DNA of 64,000 nucleotides from an uncultured Nitrososphaerota archaeon (GTDB taxonomy: Archaea; Thermoproteota; EX4484-205; JAAOZP01). The stretch's first letter is position 1. Each line of letters begins with the position of its first letter. The stretch covers positions 80,785 through 144,784 of the forward strand of contig CAYQCW010000006.1 of the NCBI GenBank assembly GCA_964416155.1. Reading direction: 5' to 3'. The notes beneath the pieces were generated by a model. It was given only the letters and a program-made list of their open reading frames with translations, did no database searches and was not told the origin of the DNA. The translations under genes and the position numbers were made by a program. Below are positions 60,825 to 64,000 of this stretch, piece after piece.

Positions 60825-61996
60825 GCCCCCACCTCCTCCAGCACTGCAAGCCCTAGGTTGAGGGCTTTATCCAGCACCCTCTTCTCCTCTTCACCAGCCT
60901 TCTCAACATGCGCCTCCACAGTCCTCCTGTAAGCCTCCACGGGCCCCGTGAAGCTGGTGCTCAGCTTCACCTCTCTGAATAGACACTTCAGCTCCGAGTC
61001 GTCGACCAGCGTGTAGAAGAACCTGTTCTCAAGACGCTTGAGAAGCTCAGCCTTACTGTAATCTCTGATTCTGTCTAAGGGCAGGACCCCCCTGATGATC
61101 AGACGGGCCAAGCTTTCCGACCTATTCTCAACTGTTAAACTCAATACGTGTTCAACAGGTTTTTCAACACTCTCATCTAAAACAACCTCGAATGTTTTAA
61201 GTGGTCTTGCGGGAACCTCTATGAACCTTGCTTCCGACTCACCGTCATGACGTATCGTCACATCCAAGAACCCCTTCTTCGCATCCCCCTCCTCGTTAAA
61301 ACTCCTCCTCTCAGTGCTTCCAGAATAAGCTATAAGCGTCCTGCCCACACGCATGATTCCACTAGAATGTATGTGTCCTAAGGCCAGATAATCCAGTTCT
61401 CCCGGCAGGCTTTTAGACAAGATTGTCGGCGCTTCCCAATACTTAGGTATTCTGAAGCCTGCGAAGTTATAGTGCATCACTGCTATGTTCACGTCTCCTT
61501 CAACAGGCATCTTGAGATTATAGTGCTGCAAAGGATCCGCGTTCGGGCTGAGCGAGTGGTCGAATGAGATTCCTGTTACAGCAACGTCCAGATCCCCAAT
61601 CTGCAAATGGTCCACTTGAAAATCCCGCGGCGAGGAGAAGAAGACCATGTGGCCAGAAGCCTCAAGCTCGTTGAGCGGAGACATACCCTCCTCCTGAGAC
61701 CTAGGCGAATCATGGTTGCCTGCCACGGAGAAAACCTTAACGCCTTCAGAGTTGATTCTCCTTATAGCTTGGAGAACACTGGTCCTAACAGGGTTCCTAG
61801 GGTTTATGGAGTCGAAAAGGTCTCCCGCTATTATGAAAACGTGCGGCTTAGTCTCTATAACGTATTCGACAACCCTCATGAAGGATTTCATGAAGTCCCG
61901 TCTCCTCTCATACACTTTAGGCCCCAAGAATGCGAGTCTCGGGTCAAGATGACTGTCGGCAACGTGAACGAGTCTTACTTCTCTCAGGATTGTCAC
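60818..61996 (-). CDS. mre11: Mre11/SbcD nuclease
   Basis: DSH, GDLFD, GNHD, LGHIH, YSGS. Confidence 0.93.
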   Translation of the reverse strand: MTILREVRLVHVADSHLDPRLAFLGPKVYERRRDFMKSFMRVVEYVIETKPHVFIIAGDLFDSINPRNPVRTSVLQAIRRINSEGVKVFSVAGNHDSPRSQEEGMSPLNELEASGHMVFFSSPRDFQVDHLQIGDLDVAVTGISFDHSLSPNADPLQHYNLKMPVEGDVNIAVMHYNFAGFRIPKYWEAPTILSKSLPGELDYLALGHIHSSGIMRVGRTLIAYSGSTERRSFNEEGDAKKGFLDVTIRHDGESEARFIEVPARPLKTFEVVLDESVEKPVEHVLSLTVENRSESLARLIIRGVLPLDRIRDYSKAELLKRLENRFFYTLVDDSELKCLFREVKLSTSFTGPVEAYRRTVEAHVEKAGEEEKRVLDKALNLGLAVLEEVGAW

Positions 61997-63615
61997 ACCT
62001 CTGAGTATGAGCCTGTCCTAGGCGGTTTAACCTCCTTCCCGAACTCAGCGTCCTTCCCCCTGTGAAACTGTCTTAGAGTCTCAACCAGATCTATGTCTGC
62101 GCCGCCCTCCCTAGTAAAGCGCTTCCTAACCTTCACGATTACAGGGATCCTGGTGAGTTCCCCCACCATTATCGCTTCACCGACATTCAGGCCAGGCAGG
62201 TCTTCCATAAGCTCCTTGCCTAATCGTTCACTCGCCTCAGCTACAGCATTCTGATCCTTAGGATTCGTCATCCTAAGTATTATCTGGCTGTTGCACTGGC
62301 TTAATGCATCAGAGTCGATCTTACTCGGCCTCTGCGTAACAAGTATGAGGAAAACGCCGAACTTCCTTCCCTCGGAGACTACGGTTCTAATCGTGTGGGA
62401 GGACATTTTGCCACCACTCCTCTTCTCATCCGTATTCGGTATAAACCTGTGGGCCTCCTCTACAACAATAAAGATAGGCCATTCGAATTCTCCCCTCTGC
62501 CTCAGGCTGAAAATTTCCTCCAGAACCCTGTTCACAATATAGTCTTGGGCTGCATCCCTGAGACCTGAAAGATCTAGAACAGATATGTTGCCAGGCTTCA
62601 AGACTTCATCCTTAATGGATGTCGACCTATCTCCGAAGACTTTGGCAAACTTTCTCAGCCTCTCCAGGTGGGGGATTGCACGCGAAGCAGCCTTTTGATC
62701 TTCAGACCCAACCCTCTGAGCATGCTCCTCAAGCTTAGCTATGAGGTCGGGAAGCATGTAATTTGGGCTTGTGTTTTTCAACTCTCTGATGGCTATGCGT
62801 ATCGCCCTCCGTACATGACTCCAGCCTTCGGGAATACCTGCGAGCAGCGAAACAGCGTCCCCATCCAGCTCGGAGAACTTGAAAACCAAGTCGTGAATAT
62901 TATCAAGCTCTTTCGAGCTGTACCTTCCGCTGCTGAAAGGATTTCGGAAGACCTGTATGCGATTAGAATTTTCATGCCTCCTCATGTCTCCAGTGCGGCT
63001 CAGGAAAACATAGTCCGCATGGGGATCTATAACAACAACTGTTCCACCCAGCCTGAGCAGCTCCTCAAGCATGACCCCTACTGTATAAGACTTGCCTGCT
63101 CCTGTCTGCGCTATGACCGCCACATGCCTTCTGAAACCGTTGAGGCTCGCATTAACCTCGACTGAGGGACGGGTGAGAAGATGACCCATATGCAGGCCTT
63201 CTCCACTCGAGTATGAGAAGAACCCTCTGACAACATCATCCGGAGCAAGGTAAACCGGGTTACCTGGGAATATTGCACGCCTAGGATAGAACACCTGTAT
63301 CCTGCCAGCTTCCTCTACCAGGAAGCCCAGCGTTCTAGCGATGCAGAGGACATTCGAGTCATCAATCCCAGCGTTGTAGGCTCTTTCAAGAGTCCTGAGA
63401 TCCAGCTCAGACCTGAAAACCGCGCTTCTAGAGACGAGTCCAGTGACCTGCGCGAGAACATCCACCTCTCTGACCATCCCACCCATTATCTCCCTTGACT
63501 TCACAGTCACATACTCATACTTTGACGGATACTCCTCCTTTGCCGCAACAAATATGAAGCTGTCAGGAGTAGCCTCCTCCACGATCCTGCCGATGGTCTT
63601 AAGGGTAGAAGACAC
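61993..63615 (-). CDS. herA: HerA helicase/translocase
   Basis: HAS barrel, RHVAVIAQTGAGKS, DPHADY, EEAH, EGRKFG, TQRP. Confidence 0.93.
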   Translation of the reverse strand: MSSTLKTIGRIVEEATPDSFIFVAAKEEYPSKYEYVTVKSREIMGGMVREVDVLAQVTGLVSRSAVFRSELDLRTLERAYNAGIDDSNVLCIARTLGFLVEEAGRIQVFYPRRAIFPGNPVYLAPDDVVRGFFSYSSGEGLHMGHLLTRPSVEVNASLNGFRRHVAVIAQTGAGKSYTVGVMLEELLRLGGTVVVIDPHADYVFLSRTGDMRRHENSNRIQVFRNPFSSGRYSSKELDNIHDLVFKFSELDGDAVSLLAGIPEGWSHVRRAIRIAIRELKNTSPNYMLPDLIAKLEEHAQRVGSEDQKAASRAIPHLERLRKFAKVFGDRSTSIKDEVLKPGNISVLDLSGLRDAAQDYIVNRVLEEIFSLRQRGEFEWPIFIVVEEAHRFIPNTDEKRSGGKMSSHTIRTVVSEGRKFGVFLILVTQRPSKIDSDALSQCNSQIILRMTNPKDQNAVAEASERLGKELMEDLPGLNVGEAIMVGELTRIPVIVKVRKRFTREGGADIDLVETLRQFHRGKDAEFGKEVKPPRTGSYSEV

Positions 63616-64000
63616 GTCTCTCACCCCTTGAGTGAAACAGTAGTTCCCCATACTCCCTCATTAACATCTCGGTGTAGGTTTTCATGGTCTCAGCAGTCAT
63701 CTTAACCCTTCTATCAGCCTCCAAGAGCAGCATATTGTACCCTCTTACCCCAGCGTAAAGAGACCTTAGGAAACCTAAAACCCTGCGGACCTCGTCCGGC
63801 ACCTTAGACAAGAACCTTCCATCCGCCTGCAAAGCCGTTGAGTCGCCTAAGACAATGTCCACCCGTATAGGGTCATCACCTCTCTCTAAAATAGTGTAGA
63901 AAGTTACGATGCTAGGATATTTTTTAAGATTCCGGATGGCTTCAATCGCAAGGGTTTCAAACTCATGCTCCTGCTTATCAGCCGACTTTTGGAAAGAGCT
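63599..64000 (-). CDS. nurA: NurA nuclease, 3' part (runs off the window)
   Basis: Frame open to the window edge; GY..LL.EAD..VK C-terminal motif; overlaps herA. Confidence 0.75.
   Translation of the reverse strand, partial: SSFQKSADKQEHEFETLAIEAIRNLKKYPSIVTFYTILERGDDPIRVDIVLGDSTALQADGRFLSKVPDEVRRVLGFLRSLYAGVRGYNMLLLEADRRVKMTAETMKTYTEMLMREYGELLFHSRGERRVFYP

Noticed and set aside
1-64000. CRISPR array, tRNA/rRNA, IS element or integrase
   Set aside because: No regularly spaced repeats, RNA-gene signatures, transposase or recombinase motifs were recognised.

Overview
Archaeal chromosome segment, probably a TACK/Thermoproteota lineage such as Bathyarchaeia or Brockarchaeota (inferred from TATA/BRE promoters, MNT-HEPN and VapBC families, a HerA-NurA operon and an archaeal GTPBP). 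Bases ~1-32,000 are a surface-glycan locus (rmlACBD, GT2/GT4, GT-C-like membrane proteins, wecB, epimerases, FkbM) interleaved with about 13 intact or decayed toxin-antitoxin modules and many short gene fragments. Bases 32-35.6 kb hold Ig-like surface proteins. Bases 36-56.6 kb hold carbohydrate-use and housekeeping genes (GH35, GH3, polyol dehydrogenase, tyrA, glyA with folate-gene remnants, an ABC transporter). The right end carries a GTPBP pseudogene and nurA-herA-mre11-rad50. The most notable signals are: (1) a recurrent intergenic motif TAGCRYRCGC that lies at several gene-truncation and duplication junctions; (2) TA cassettes bracketed by duplicated ends of glycosylation genes, including alternative C-terminal tails of one epimerase; (3) a Rad50 with no zinc hook and a hydrophobic hairpin at its coiled-coil apex. 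No rRNA, tRNA, CRISPR array, integrase or transposase was recognised. All family calls come from reading motifs by eye, not from database searches.
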